Of a stretch of 64,000 bases of DNA, positions 1-9,826 are shown piece by piece (within the stretch, counting starts at the first letter, position 1; each line of letters begins with the position of its first letter). A program made the translations under genes and the position numbers. This DNA comes from Candidatus Parcubacteria bacterium (GTDB lineage: Bacteria; Patescibacteriota; Minisyncoccia; Phycocordibacterales; UBA12088): NCBI GenBank assembly GCA_003694545.1, contig RFKD01000051.1, positions 4,505 to 68,504 on the forward strand. The letters run 5' to 3'. Under the pieces are notes generated by a model that was not told where the DNA came from, did not search any database, and was given only the letters and a program-made list of their open reading frames with translations.

Positions 1-1
1 T

Positions 2-916
2 GGAGATGCGGCAACCACCGCGTTCGAATTGGCGCATGAAGGCGATAAGATGGGAGATGTCTTATCGGCGGCTTTGTTGGCGCCGCCTTCCTCTGGCGGA
101 GTGCTTGGAGGCCCCGCTGTCCCTGTTGTTGATGGGGTGGCGCTTGCCGCTGAGGGGTCAACAGGGAATGATGTTTTGGCATCAGACATCCCCGCTTCGG
201 ACCGCATCGCGTCGTATATCGTGCGCGAAGGTGATACCCTTTCGCAAATCGCGGAAATGTTCGGAGTGACTGTCAACACGATCCGTTGGGCAAACAACCT
301 CACTTCGGCCGACCTCATCACTCCGGGCCAAGAACTTCTCATTTTGCCGGTGAGCGGGGTGCGCTACACCGTTAAAAAAGGAGACACGCTTGAGAGTGTC
401 GCCAAGGAACTGCATGGCAATGTGCGCGAAATTATCACATACAATGGGCTCAAAGAAGGAGAGCCTTTGCGGCCGGGGACCACGATTGTCGTCCCGGGTG
501 GGGAATTGCCTGAAGTACACCACCGCACGCCCCACAAGGCTTCCACGCCGGTACGCAATGTTGCAGGCAATTACTTTATTCACCCCGTGCCGGGCGCGGT
601 GCGCAGTCAGGGCTTGCACGGATGGAACGCTGTTGATTTAGCGGCGCCAATCGGTACCCCCATTCTCGCCTCCGCGTCAGGCAAGGTTATTGTCGCCCGT
701 CCTTCAGGTTGGAACGGGGGCTATGGAGCGTATATTGTGATTGAGCACGACAACGGCACACAAACCTTATATTCGCACCTTTCCAAGGTGGCCGTGTATG
801 TCGGGCAAAGCGTCGTGCAGGGGCAAGTCATTGGGTATGTAGGCTCCACAGGTCGCTCGACGGGCCCCCACCTTCACTTTGAAGTGCGCGGAGCCCCAAA
901 CCCGTTTGCGTACTAA
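2..916 (+). CDS. LysM-LysM-M23 family peptidase (partial; reading frame is open to the window start, so the 5' end probably lies upstream)
   Basis: Two LysM repeats (YIVREGDTLSQIAEMFGVTVNTIRWANNL and YTVKKGDTLESVAKELHGNVREIITYNGL) followed by an M23 catalytic core (YSHLSKV...GYVGSTGRSTGPHLHFEVRG). The frame has no stop before position 29 (TTG), and an ATG lies at 50. Confidence 0.85.
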   Translation, partial: GDAATTAFELAHEGDKMGDVLSAALLAPPSSGGVLGGPAVPVVDGVALAAEGSTGNDVLASDIPASDRIASYIVREGDTLSQIAEMFGVTVNTIRWANNLTSADLITPGQELLILPVSGVRYTVKKGDTLESVAKELHGNVREIITYNGLKEGEPLRPGTTIVVPGGELPEVHHRTPHKASTPVRNVAGNYFIHPVPGAVRSQGLHGWNAVDLAAPIGTPILASASGKVIVARPSGWNGGYGAYIVIEHDNGTQTLYSHLSKVAVYVGQSVVQGQVIGYVGSTGRSTGPHLHFEVRGAPNPFAY

Positions 917-1347
917 ATAAACCAAAAACATCTCGCTTGCTTGCAAAGAGGCAGAAGGAGGGTTACCTCTCCTCCGGGGCGGAGAGATCGAGCCAGAGAT
1001 CTGATCCTTTTTCGGCAAAACAGAGCGCAAAGTTATACCACACTTTCAAATGAGAGCGCTGGTGGCTAACGGTCGCGAGAATGGTGTAACACCCGAGTTC
1101 TCGCGCTTTTTCTACAGCGGCACGCATGAGCTGCGTGCCCACCCCTCTTGCGGTGCGGAGGGTGCACGAACACTTCCTCCAAAAGGGTGTATCACCCTTT
1201 TGAGTTATGGACCAGAAAAAGAAAACAAAACCTAACTCCTCTTTGTATTCCTTTAAGAAAATACGAAGGGCGGTGGCGACAAGGGGGAACATTCAACCTG
1301 CACGGCAAGACCTCCTTACCGCGGCATCCATTTATCCTATCCAACAT

Positions 1348-2145
1348 TCACTCCGCTTCCCTAGTTACCCACCCTTCTTGCGCTGCAAGGTGGTGGCACG
1401 CCACCGCGGCGGCTGCGGCAACATTAATGCTGGACACTCCCTTGCGCATTGGAATGCGAAGCCCCTGGGTGGCGAGCTTCGCCAGCTTGGGTGGCGCGCC
1501 GCGCCGTTCGCCGCCAAGGATGAACCACCCGCGCTGGGGAAGCGGTGTGGTGGGGGAAAGCGGCGTTGTTTGTTCCCCACACGCGAGCACAACGCGCGGT
1601 TCCGGGCGTCCTGACAAGAACTTTGCGGCTTCGGATTGAGAGAGGGTGACAACCGGCAGCGCCCACTGCAGCCCCGCCGCCGCCCGCACGACGAGCGGGT
1701 GCCAGAAAGAAGGCGTATCTACACCCACGATCCCGCCCCAGCCAAACGCCGCGGCTATGCGCACGCAAGCGCCAACATTGCCGGGATGCGTCAGGTTCGC
1801 GAGAACCAATTTTGCCCGCTCAGAGCTCTCCATTTCCTCAAAGCTCCACGCACGTTTGCGCGCAAGTGCAATAACCGGTGACGGAATCTCTCTACCTAAA
1901 GTGGCGCGCGCAAATGCATCAGGAGAAACAGGCTGAAGGAGCGCCCCAAGGCGCTCGGCAATATCAGGGGCGAGCGTCGAGGCAAGCCTATGCACCTTTT
2001 TCGGCTCTGGTGAAAACACACCAAACACTTCAGCCCCAAATCGCAAGGCGTGCTTCAGGGGCTGTATGCCTTCAATAAGCGCCACATCGCCCCTGCCGTG
2101 GCGCGCGTCATCGCACTGTTGTATCCATAACGGGGGCGCGCTCAT
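1348..2145 (-). CDS. TrmH/SpoU-family RNA 2'-O-methyltransferase
   Basis: SpoU motifs LVLANLTHPGNVGACVRIAAAFGW and VVRAAAGLQWALPVV. The ORF overlaps the next gene by 4 nt. Confidence 0.75.
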   Translation of the reverse strand: MSAPPLWIQQCDDARHGRGDVALIEGIQPLKHALRFGAEVFGVFSPEPKKVHRLASTLAPDIAERLGALLQPVSPDAFARATLGREIPSPVIALARKRAWSFEEMESSERAKLVLANLTHPGNVGACVRIAAAFGWGGIVGVDTPSFWHPLVVRAAAGLQWALPVVTLSQSEAAKFLSGRPEPRVVLACGEQTTPLSPTTPLPQRGWFILGGERRGAPPKLAKLATQGLRIPMRKGVSSINVAAAAAVACHHLAAQEGWVTREAE

Positions 2146-3644
2146 ACGGGAAAAAGCCCGCGCGGGCGGTACGCGATTGCTTCTTCAATATGCTCCCGCC
2201 GAATGATATCGCTTTCTTCCAAATCTGCGATGGTGCGCCCCACGCGTAGGACCTTATGATAGGTGCGCGCCGAAAAACGCAAACGCTGAGCCGCGGCGCG
2301 CAACAGAGAAAGAGCGGTATGTTCCGGTGCGAACAGCGACACATCGCGCGTCGGAAGGCGGCTATTGAGGCAGCCGCGTTGTTTCTGCCGGGCGCGGGCG
2401 CGCATCACCCGTTCGCGCACGGCGGCAGACGGCTCCCCTTGCGAGGCACCTTCGAGAGTTTCGGGGGGCACCTCTCCAACCTCCACCCACACATCAATAC
2501 GGTCGGTAATGGGGCCAGAAATGCGTTTTGCCACACGGGCCCGTTCGCGCGGATCAATAAGCTCTGTGTCGCGTTCGTGTCCGCGCGTGGGGTTAAAGGC
2601 CACAACCACCAAGGCTTGAGCGGGATACACCACACTGCCCCGGGCGCGCGCGACGGTGATGTGCCCGGATTCCAACGGCTCGCGCAAGGCGTCAATGGCG
2701 CGGCGATCAAACTCACTTAATTCGTCCAAAAATAAGACGCCACGGTGCGCCAGCGTTATTTCACCAGGGCGCAGGGCGCTCCCGCCGCCAACCAATGCCG
2801 CCACCGAAGCCGTGTGGTGGGGGGATCGAAAGGGTGGTGTGTCGCAGAGCGCGCCGTCGGGGAGATTCCCTGCAAGGGAATGGATAGCGGAAACCTCTAG
2901 CGCCTCATCGCGCGACAGCGGGGGGAGAATACCCGCAAGGGCTCGAGCGAGCATTGTTTTCCCTGTTCCCGGCGGCCCCCATAAGGCAATGTGGTGGTTT
3001 CCCGCTGCGGCAATTTCAAGGGCGCGTTTTGCGTGGGGGTTGCCGCGAATGTCGAGCATATCAACTTCTGGCGCACTGGCCGGCGTTGCAGGGCACGGCG
3101 CGGCCGGAGGAAGCAGCTGTTCCTGAGAAAGATGACGCAGAACATCTTGCAGTGAGGAAGCGCCGTACACTGTAAGCTGATCGACCAAGGCGGCCTCCGG
3201 AGCATTCTGGGCTGGGACGACAAGTTCTCGTATGCCCCGGCGTGCGAGCGTGCGCGCGGCCGCTAACACTCCCCGAATGGGGCGCAACGAGCCGTCAAGC
3301 GCCAATTCTCCCAAAAAGGCCATCTCCAAGGGAGGCGAAGTGATGCAGTTGTGCGTCGCCAAATACGCAAGCGCCAAGGGCACATCAAACACCGCCCCTT
3401 CTTTGCGCACATCCGCGGGGGCAAGGGCGAGCGTTGTGCGCTTGGGGCGCGTTGCCGGGGTAAAGCCGCATGAGCGAACTGCCGCGCTAATGCGGTCGCG
3501 CGCTTCGGCGACCGCCTTATCAGGAAGTCCGATGATGGAAAGCGAAGCGGGGATAGCGTCTGTTGTCTCCCCTTCAATGGTGATGACAACGCTTTCAGGG
3601 TAGGCGGGTTGGGCGCTCATGACGCGCGCAATGCCCATACGCAC
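2142..3644 (-). CDS. YifB/ComM family Mg-chelatase-like AAA+ ATPase
   Basis: N-terminal Lon-like domain (VITIEGETTDAIPASLSIIGLPD), Walker A ALWGPPGTGKTMLARALAGILPPL, Walker B VLFLDELSEF, and a ChlI-like C-terminus. Confidence 0.85.
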   Translation of the reverse strand: MRMGIARVMSAQPAYPESVVITIEGETTDAIPASLSIIGLPDKAVAEARDRISAAVRSCGFTPATRPKRTTLALAPADVRKEGAVFDVPLALAYLATHNCITSPPLEMAFLGELALDGSLRPIRGVLAAARTLARRGIRELVVPAQNAPEAALVDQLTVYGASSLQDVLRHLSQEQLLPPAAPCPATPASAPEVDMLDIRGNPHAKRALEIAAAGNHHIALWGPPGTGKTMLARALAGILPPLSRDEALEVSAIHSLAGNLPDGALCDTPPFRSPHHTASVAALVGGGSALRPGEITLAHRGVLFLDELSEFDRRAIDALREPLESGHITVARARGSVVYPAQALVVVAFNPTRGHERDTELIDPRERARVAKRISGPITDRIDVWVEVGEVPPETLEGASQGEPSAAVRERVMRARARQKQRGCLNSRLPTRDVSLFAPEHTALSLLRAAAQRLRFSARTYHKVLRVGRTIADLEESDIIRREHIEEAIAYRPRGLFPV

Positions 3645-3658
3645 TGCGTCTCTCCAAC

Positions 3659-4078
3659 CTACAAGGGGAGCACCTCTTCTTCCTCACGCTCGGCAATAGT
3701 TGTTCGCGCGGCTGGGTCTGCGAACAAGCGCTCCCGCTCAATTGGTTTGCCGGAGATTTCTGAAAAACCGTAAGAACTCTCTTCCATCTTACGCAAGGCG
3801 CGTTCTATTTTCGCGCGGCGCACTTCCAGCTCGCTCAAAATGGCATTGTTGTCGATAAGTTCCTCAAACTTATCCGCAACCTCACTCTTATCGGAAGCGT
3901 CTATTTCTATATCTCCCACGGAAGGCTCCCAATCTGCTTTATTGGTAGGATCTCGCGCTCCGAATTGGGCAAGCTGCTTTTCCACCTCGGCAAGCTCGGC
4001 TTCCAGCATGGCGCGCAGTTCGCGTAAATCTTCGGGGCTGAGATTTGGATGTTGTTGCATAAGCGTATAGTAGCGCAA
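3659..4078 (-). CDS. DksA/TraR-like small protein lacking the C4 zinc-finger cysteines
   Basis: Coiled-coil N-terminus and a C-terminal segment YGFSEISGKPIERERLFADPAARTTIA that aligns to the DksA motif yGxCexCGxxIxxxRLxAxPxAxxCxxC with every Cys replaced. Confidence 0.45.
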   Translation of the reverse strand: MRYYTLMQQHPNLSPEDLRELRAMLEAELAEVEKQLAQFGARDPTNKADWEPSVGDIEIDASDKSEVADKFEELIDNNAILSELEVRRAKIERALRKMEESSYGFSEISGKPIERERLFADPAARTTIAEREEEEVLPL

Positions 4079-4084
4079 GAATCG

Positions 4085-5422
4085 CTAGGGCGCAATTTGC
4101 TGGGAGCGCCGCAAACGGGAGAGAATTTCGTAGTAGGTGGTGCTGTTGGTAGTGATGATAAGGTGTCTGCGGTCGGCAAAACCGTATACCACGCGCTCTT
4201 GCTCTTGCGCGTCGCGCAAAATGCGCACATCGTTGTTGCGTACCAGCGAGTCTTTAAACTGAGCATTTTCGCGCTCCTGCGCAAGTGGCGCGCCGAAAAG
4301 CGGGGAGAAATCCGCAAGGAGGTATGGTTCCCACGAGAGCATACCACGAACGCCTTCTTCAAATGAGCGAACGCGCAGAATTACGTACGAAGGCTTGTTG
4401 CGGTAGCCGTGGAAGCCGAACATAAACGGTTGCTCAAGAACAAGCTGGAGCGACTCAGGAATATGTGCCCTCAACAAAGAAAGGAACTCGGCGGCGCTTA
4501 TGGGCCGTTGCGACTGCCGTTCTGGTTTTACCGGATATACCGCTGCCACGCTGCCGAGCGCGAGTTCTGATGCTTGGCGGGTTTTTTCCAAATCCTGCAA
4601 GATGATTGTTCGATTTACTTGTGGCGAAAGTTGGTAGGTGAGAATAATGTCCGGTTTAAAAAATTGTGGCAGGGCGCGGTCAGGTCCTTCGGTTATGAGA
4701 ACTGGGGCTGAACGAAACAGGAATGCCCAACCTAACAATCCCGAGCCTCCCAAAACAAAAAGGGCCGAGAGCGCGGCAAGCGCTATGTCGCGCGGCCTCC
4801 AATGTTTTTTCCTCGGCGACGCGGATGTGTCAGCGCTCTTTTCACGCGCTTGACGCTCGGCTTCCAAGGCTGCGACGGTTGTCATGCGCAATTTGCCTGT
4901 GCGGACGACTCGGTCTATGTCTTGCTGGAAGGTGTGTATCGGGCTCACGCCTGCACGAATGGTTTTGCGAATTTCGTGGCCTGGTGGCTCTTGGGCCTCT
5001 TCTCGAGGTTGGGTGCTTTCTGTGGAGGAGGGCGCCACCTTGTTGCCGGGAGGTGGCGCTGGAGGGAGGTGACGTGCAGGGCGCTGAGAAGGAGGGGGTG
5101 GCGCGGGAGGCAAGTGGCGGGTGTTGGGGGCGCCGAACCGTGTCCCGCTGAGGAGCGTGTGTTTGATTGTGCTCCAGCGGGAAGAAGAGTCCGGACGCTG
5201 CTTTGAGGATCGCGGCCGACGGTGCGGAGGGTCAACAAACACACGCGCCGTTCTCTCGTCCAACCCCTCTACGGCGTCATCTTGCAGGGTAGTTTTGAGT
5301 TCTCTTTCGCTCCTTGCAAGGAGAGAATGAAGCGCCGCTGTTTCATCAACGCCTTGAGCGTCCTGCTGGCTCGGTGGCTCTGTTGAACTGTGTCGGCCGG
5401 GCGTGTTGGGGACATCGGCCAT
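4085..5422 (-). CDS. hypothetical proline-rich membrane-anchored protein
   Basis: ORF 4085..5593 trimmed to the internal Met (MADVPNTPGRH) at 5422 so it does not overlap the pnp 3' end. It has a PPAPPPP-rich region, a TM segment (IALAALSALFVLGGSGLLGWAFLF) and a C-terminal globular part. Confidence 0.5.
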   Translation of the reverse strand: MADVPNTPGRHSSTEPPSQQDAQGVDETAALHSLLARSERELKTTLQDDAVEGLDERTARVFVDPPHRRPRSSKQRPDSSSRWSTIKHTLLSGTRFGAPNTRHLPPAPPPPSQRPARHLPPAPPPGNKVAPSSTESTQPREEAQEPPGHEIRKTIRAGVSPIHTFQQDIDRVVRTGKLRMTTVAALEAERQAREKSADTSASPRKKHWRPRDIALAALSALFVLGGSGLLGWAFLFRSAPVLITEGPDRALPQFFKPDIILTYQLSPQVNRTIILQDLEKTRQASELALGSVAAVYPVKPERQSQRPISAAEFLSLLRAHIPESLQLVLEQPFMFGFHGYRNKPSYVILRVRSFEEGVRGMLSWEPYLLADFSPLFGAPLAQERENAQFKDSLVRNNDVRILRDAQEQERVVYGFADRRHLIITTNSTTYYEILSRLRRSQQIAP

Positions 5423-5429
5423 ACGACGG

Positions 5430-7637
5430 TTACGCGTGACGGCTCCGCGGTTGGTTATAGCGGTCGCGGTCGTGACGGGATTGGTCGCGATTGGGTTGAT
5501 GGGTGTGGTTGTGGTAAGGGGTGATGCCCTTGCGGCTTGCGAACTCAGGATCAGCCATTTTAATTGAGAGACTAATGCGGTCTTTTTCGTCAATTCCTTT
5601 AACTACCACCGGCACGCGTTCTCCAACCGCAAGCACATCCTCCACCTTTTCTATGCGAAACGGCGCGATTTCTGAAATATGCACCAACCCTTCAGCGTTG
5701 GGTCCGATTTTTACGAACGCGCCGAAATCAGTAAGGCGCACCACTTCTCCTTCCAAACGATCTCCAACTGCGAAAACACGCGTCAGTTCTTCTATTTCTG
5801 TTTTTGCCTTCTCCGCCGCTTCCGCTTTGCCAGCGATATATACCACGCCATCATCTTCAATGGTGATGTCGTCAACTCCCGTGCGATCTTTAATGCCGTT
5901 GATAGTTTTTCCGCCGGGGCCAATCACGAGGCCGATCATATCTTTCGGAATGGTGATAGTGATGAGGCGCGGCGCTAAGGGGGAGAGTTCTGGCCGGGGG
6001 GCGCTGATTGCCGCTTCCATAACATCCAAAATATGCGCCCGCGCTTCTTTGGCTTGCGCAAACGCTTCCGCGAGGATGGGGAGCGGGACCCCCGCTATTT
6101 TAACATCCATCTGGACGGCGGTAACGCCGTTGCGCGTTCCGGCGACCTTAAAATCCATGTCTCCATGATGGTCTTCCGGGCCTTGAATATCTGTCAGCAC
6201 AGTGTGCTTTCCTTCCCACAACATCAATCCCATCGCAATCCCCGCAACGTGGCGCGCGACAGGAACGCCGCCATCCATCAAGGCGAGCGATGAAGCGCAC
6301 ACGCTCGCCATTGAACTGGAGCCGTTGGAAGTCATCACTTCAGACACGAGACGAATAGTGTATGGGAACACCTCTTTTGGCGGGATGACGGGGAGCAGTG
6401 CCCGCTCCGCAAGAGCTCCGTGACCCACAGCGCGTCGGTTAATCCCGCCAAGACGCCCCGTTTCCCCCGTGCTATACGGGGGGAAGTTGTAGTGGTGTAT
6501 AAACCGTTTCGGGGTGCTGTGGTGCTCGATAGTGTCTAAGATTTGCGCGTCGCCGGGTCCGCCGAGAGTGAGCGCGCTAAACACATGGGTGTCGCCGCGG
6601 TAAAAAATGCCAGCCCCGTGCGTCATTGGCGCGATGAGGTTAGTGTAGGCTTTGATAGGGCGCAGTTCGTTGTGTTTTCGGCCGTCGGGACGTTTCCCCT
6701 CCTCCACCACGAGCCGGTGCAACGTTTTGTCGGCTTCTTCTTCAAACAACGCTCCCGCACAGCGCGCTTCCTCAGGAGGAAGCGCGCTGTGCGCTTCTTT
6801 GACCCATTCCTCCTTACACGCGTTGAGCGCGTGGGACCCAGGAGTGTTTGTCATCAGCGCTGCCTCCAATTTTCCTGGAGCAAGGATGCTTTGCGTGAAG
6901 AGCCGTCGCAGCGCGTCGGGGTAATCGGCGAAGCTCAAGGCGCGCTTTTGCTTGCCGATGCGCTCGATGATGTCGTGTTGCCAAGCTTGGAGCCGCCGGT
7001 GGATCTCTTGGGCGGCCTTCATTGCTTCCAAAATTTCTTCCTCGGAAACCTCTTTTGCGCCAATCTCAATCATATTGATAACTGCGCCGTCGCCACACGC
7101 CAGCAGTTCGTAGCGGTAGTCGGCATGTTCACGCTCAGTATAAGTTGGATTCACGATGCCCGCGCCGTTGTTGGAGCCAATGCGCACCGCGCTTATTGGC
7201 CCGTTCCAAGGAATGTCGGAGGTCGCCAAAGCAAGCGAAGTGCCAATGATTCCCAACACATCAGGGTCGTCCTCATCTATGGAGAGTATGGTCACCACCA
7301 CTTGCACCTCGTTGCGCAGGCGGTGGTCAAACAGGGGGCGAATAGCTCGGTCGACCACTCGGGCGGACAGAATAGCTTCTTCCGATGGGCGTCCTTCTCG
7401 GCGCATAAAGCGCGAGCCAAGGATTTGCCCGGCCGCGTAGTATTTTTCTTCGTATTCAACTGTGAGAGGGAAAAAGTCAATTCCCTCCCGCTCTGGCCCC
7501 ATAACGGCGGTAACCAACACAACGCTGTTGCCGTAGCGCAACACCACCGATCCGTTCGCCTTTGCGGCAAGGTCGGGGAACGAGGCGGTGAGCGTTTTTC
7601 CGCCGATATCAATGGTAAAAGTAGGGGCGTTTTCCAT
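5430..7637 (-). CDS. pnp: polynucleotide phosphorylase (PNPase)
   Basis: Two RNase PH domains (the mid-protein motif FMRREGRPSEEAILSARVVDRAIRPLF and the second-core GGINRRAVGHGALAERAL), a KH domain and an S1 domain (EGEVVRLTDFGAFVKIGPNAEGLVHISE). Start placed at the MENAPTFTIDIGGKTLT Met. Confidence 0.95.
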   Translation of the reverse strand: MENAPTFTIDIGGKTLTASFPDLAAKANGSVVLRYGNSVVLVTAVMGPEREGIDFFPLTVEYEEKYYAAGQILGSRFMRREGRPSEEAILSARVVDRAIRPLFDHRLRNEVQVVVTILSIDEDDPDVLGIIGTSLALATSDIPWNGPISAVRIGSNNGAGIVNPTYTEREHADYRYELLACGDGAVINMIEIGAKEVSEEEILEAMKAAQEIHRRLQAWQHDIIERIGKQKRALSFADYPDALRRLFTQSILAPGKLEAALMTNTPGSHALNACKEEWVKEAHSALPPEEARCAGALFEEEADKTLHRLVVEEGKRPDGRKHNELRPIKAYTNLIAPMTHGAGIFYRGDTHVFSALTLGGPGDAQILDTIEHHSTPKRFIHHYNFPPYSTGETGRLGGINRRAVGHGALAERALLPVIPPKEVFPYTIRLVSEVMTSNGSSSMASVCASSLALMDGGVPVARHVAGIAMGLMLWEGKHTVLTDIQGPEDHHGDMDFKVAGTRNGVTAVQMDVKIAGVPLPILAEAFAQAKEARAHILDVMEAAISAPRPELSPLAPRLITITIPKDMIGLVIGPGGKTINGIKDRTGVDDITIEDDGVVYIAGKAEAAEKAKTEIEELTRVFAVGDRLEGEVVRLTDFGAFVKIGPNAEGLVHISEIAPFRIEKVEDVLAVGERVPVVVKGIDEKDRISLSIKMADPEFASRKGITPYHNHTHQPNRDQSRHDRDRYNQPRSRHA

Positions 7638-7791
7638 AGGGTTGTCATTACGCGTCAAAAGGGTAAACTCCAAAAACACCGCACAAGCCGATCGCGGCGT
7701 CTTACTGACTTAGGGTAGCAAATTACGCGCGAATCGGCTACTCGCACAACAGCAAGGCGCTGTTGCTTGCACGCATGAGGAAGAAGGTTGT

Positions 7792-8334
7792 TTATAGCCC
7801 GGAGCGGCGAGGTCTTGAAGTGGTTTTAGGGCGCAGTGTGTAACGTCGAGGGTCGGCGTCCATGTCGGTAAAAATATCTGCTGCCTCCTTAAGCGCGAGG
7901 GCGGTGGATCTCCCAAACGATATGATTTCCACTTGGCACCCTTCGCGCATTTTGAGGTAATGAACTAAAGGAACAAAGTCGCCGTCGCCAGAGGCGATAA
8001 CCACAGCGTCAAGTTTGGGCGCGAGTTTAATGGCGTCCACCGCCAATCCCACATCCCAATCAGCCTTCTTCTGTCCCCCCACGAACACTTGAAGGTCTTT
8101 TTCTTTTGTTTCAATGCCTAGTTTGGAGAGGGCCTCAAAAAACGATCGTTCCTCCTCCCCTTCCGTCCGGATGACATACGCGACCGCCCGCACCAACTGT
8201 CGCTGGGTGATGGCTTCTTTGAGAAGTTCGGCAAAATTAACCCGCGTTTGATACAAATGCTTCGCGCTGTGGTAGAGATTTTGCGTGTCGATGAACACGC
8301 CAACACGTTGGGCGGGGTGCCGTGCGGCGGCCAT
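7792..8334 (-). CDS. NYN-domain (LabA-like) protein
   Basis: RVGVFIDTQNLYHSAK...DWDVGLAVDAIKLAPKLDAVVIASGDGDFVPLVHYLK, a typical NYN/LabA signature. It lies between rpsO and pnp. Confidence 0.75.
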   Translation of the reverse strand: MAAARHPAQRVGVFIDTQNLYHSAKHLYQTRVNFAELLKEAITQRQLVRAVAYVIRTEGEEERSFFEALSKLGIETKEKDLQVFVGGQKKADWDVGLAVDAIKLAPKLDAVVIASGDGDFVPLVHYLKMREGCQVEIISFGRSTALALKEAADIFTDMDADPRRYTLRPKTTSRPRRSGL

Positions 8335-8338
8335 ACGG

Positions 8339-8605
8339 TTATTTACGCAGACCCAGCTTCTTCACGATCGTGTTATAGCGTCGGGCGCTTTCTCGCTTGA
8401 GATACTGTAAGTGGCGCCTGCGATCGGCGACCAACCCCAACAGGCCGCGGCGCGAATGGATGTCGCGGGGGTGCTTTTTCAAATGTTGCGAAAGCTCATT
8501 GATGCGCTCCGTCAGGATGGCAATTTGCACCTCGGGAGACCCTGTGTCCTGCTCGTGCGTCTGCGTTTGCGCGATAAGTTTCGCCTTCTTTTGTTTCGTG
8601 ATCAT
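8339..8605 (-). CDS. rpsO: 30S ribosomal protein S15
   Basis: [70 protein letters not shown], full-length S15 similarity. Start at the MITKQ Met (rc 'cat' at 8603-8605). Confidence 0.92.
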   Translation of the reverse strand: MITKQKKAKLIAQTQTHEQDTGSPEVQIAILTERINELSQHLKKHPRDIHSRRGLLGLVADRRRHLQYLKRESARRYNTIVKKLGLRK

Positions 8606-8876
8606 ATGCAAAACAAGGTAGCACAAGACGAGCCTCCGCGCAAGATGCCCTTACCTCAGTTGGGCGGCTCTTTGGCGGTGGCAGGTTTTTCATTGGCGAG
8701 CGGTGAGGAGATTAATGAGGGGGTTGTTATGTTGTGCGACATTGCCTGTGCTATTCTTAATAAGTGGCGGGGGTTATGCGTAAAGTATCGGCGCCACGTT
8801 TTGAGACCTGTTACGGCTCACCTTGCGTTCCCATAGCATCCTACTACCTGTCTTTTTCATCACATGTTTCCTCAAT

Positions 8877-9812
8877 ATGCCGCGCGAGGCGACGCAACTT
8901 GCCAAGCTCAAACAAGCCTTTCTTGAGCACTTAGAGCTCGAGCGCGGTCGAGCCGTGCCTACCATTGCGGCTTACGACCGCTACCTCTCACGTTTTTTTG
9001 CTTTTTCTGGCGCCCGCGCCCCCGCGGATATCACCGAGCAAGCTATCCGCGATTTCCGCTTTTGGCTCAACCGCCAGCCGGGGCGCGAGCGGGGCGCAAC
9101 GGTTAAGCGGCGGACGCAAAACTACTACCTTATTGCGCTTCGCGCCTTTTTGAAATTTTTGCGACGGCGCGGCATTTCCGCGCTTTCTCCAGAGCGCATT
9201 GATCTTGCGAAAGTTGGCGAGCGAGACATTGAAGTTTTGTCTGTCGCGGAGCTCGAGCGCTTATTGGCGGCTCCTGAGGGGAGCGACATCCGTTCGTTGC
9301 GCGATAAGGCGCTCCTTGAGCTTTTGTTTTCCACGGGATTGCGAGTGGGAGAGCTCACGCGCCTCAACCGCGACGACATTGATCTTTCACGCGACGAATT
9401 TTCCGTTCGCGGCAAGGGCGATAAGGTGCGCATTGTGTTCCTTACGCCTGCTGCCAAGGAAGCACTGCGGGCGTATCTAGACGCCCGCGGCGATGTAAGT
9501 GAGGCGTTATTTGTTCAGCATGGGCCGCGGGCGCGGGGCGGACGGGAAACCCGCCTTACTTCCCGCTCGGTGGAGCGCCTCATCAAACATTATGCCGCGA
9601 AAGCGGGCATTGTGCGGCGCGTAACCCCCCATATGATCCGCCACTCGTTCGCGACCGATCTACTGATGAACGGCGCCGATATTCGAGCGGTGCAGGCGCT
9701 TTTGGGCCACGCGCACCTCGTTACCACGCAAATCTACACCCATGTCACTGATCGGCATTTGCGCGAAGTGCACAAACAATTCCACTCGCGCAACCGCGCG
9801 CGCAAGATGTGA
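8877..9812 (+). CDS. tyrosine site-specific recombinase, XerC/XerD family
   Basis: N-terminal SAM-like core-binding domain and a catalytic C-terminus with RHSFATDLLMNGADIRAVQALLGHAHLVTTQIYTHV (R..HxxR..Y active-site pattern). ATG at 8877 (MPREATQ). Confidence 0.9.
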   Translation: MPREATQLAKLKQAFLEHLELERGRAVPTIAAYDRYLSRFFAFSGARAPADITEQAIRDFRFWLNRQPGRERGATVKRRTQNYYLIALRAFLKFLRRRGISALSPERIDLAKVGERDIEVLSVAELERLLAAPEGSDIRSLRDKALLELLFSTGLRVGELTRLNRDDIDLSRDEFSVRGKGDKVRIVFLTPAAKEALRAYLDARGDVSEALFVQHGPRARGGRETRLTSRSVERLIKHYAAKAGIVRRVTPHMIRHSFATDLLMNGADIRAVQALLGHAHLVTTQIYTHVTDRHLREVHKQFHSRNRARKM

Positions 9813-9826
9813 TAGAGTACGCGTTA

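Noticed and set aside
6543-7718. 391-aa plus-strand ORF inside pnp
   Set aside because: Antisense to PNPase, which has full-length homology.
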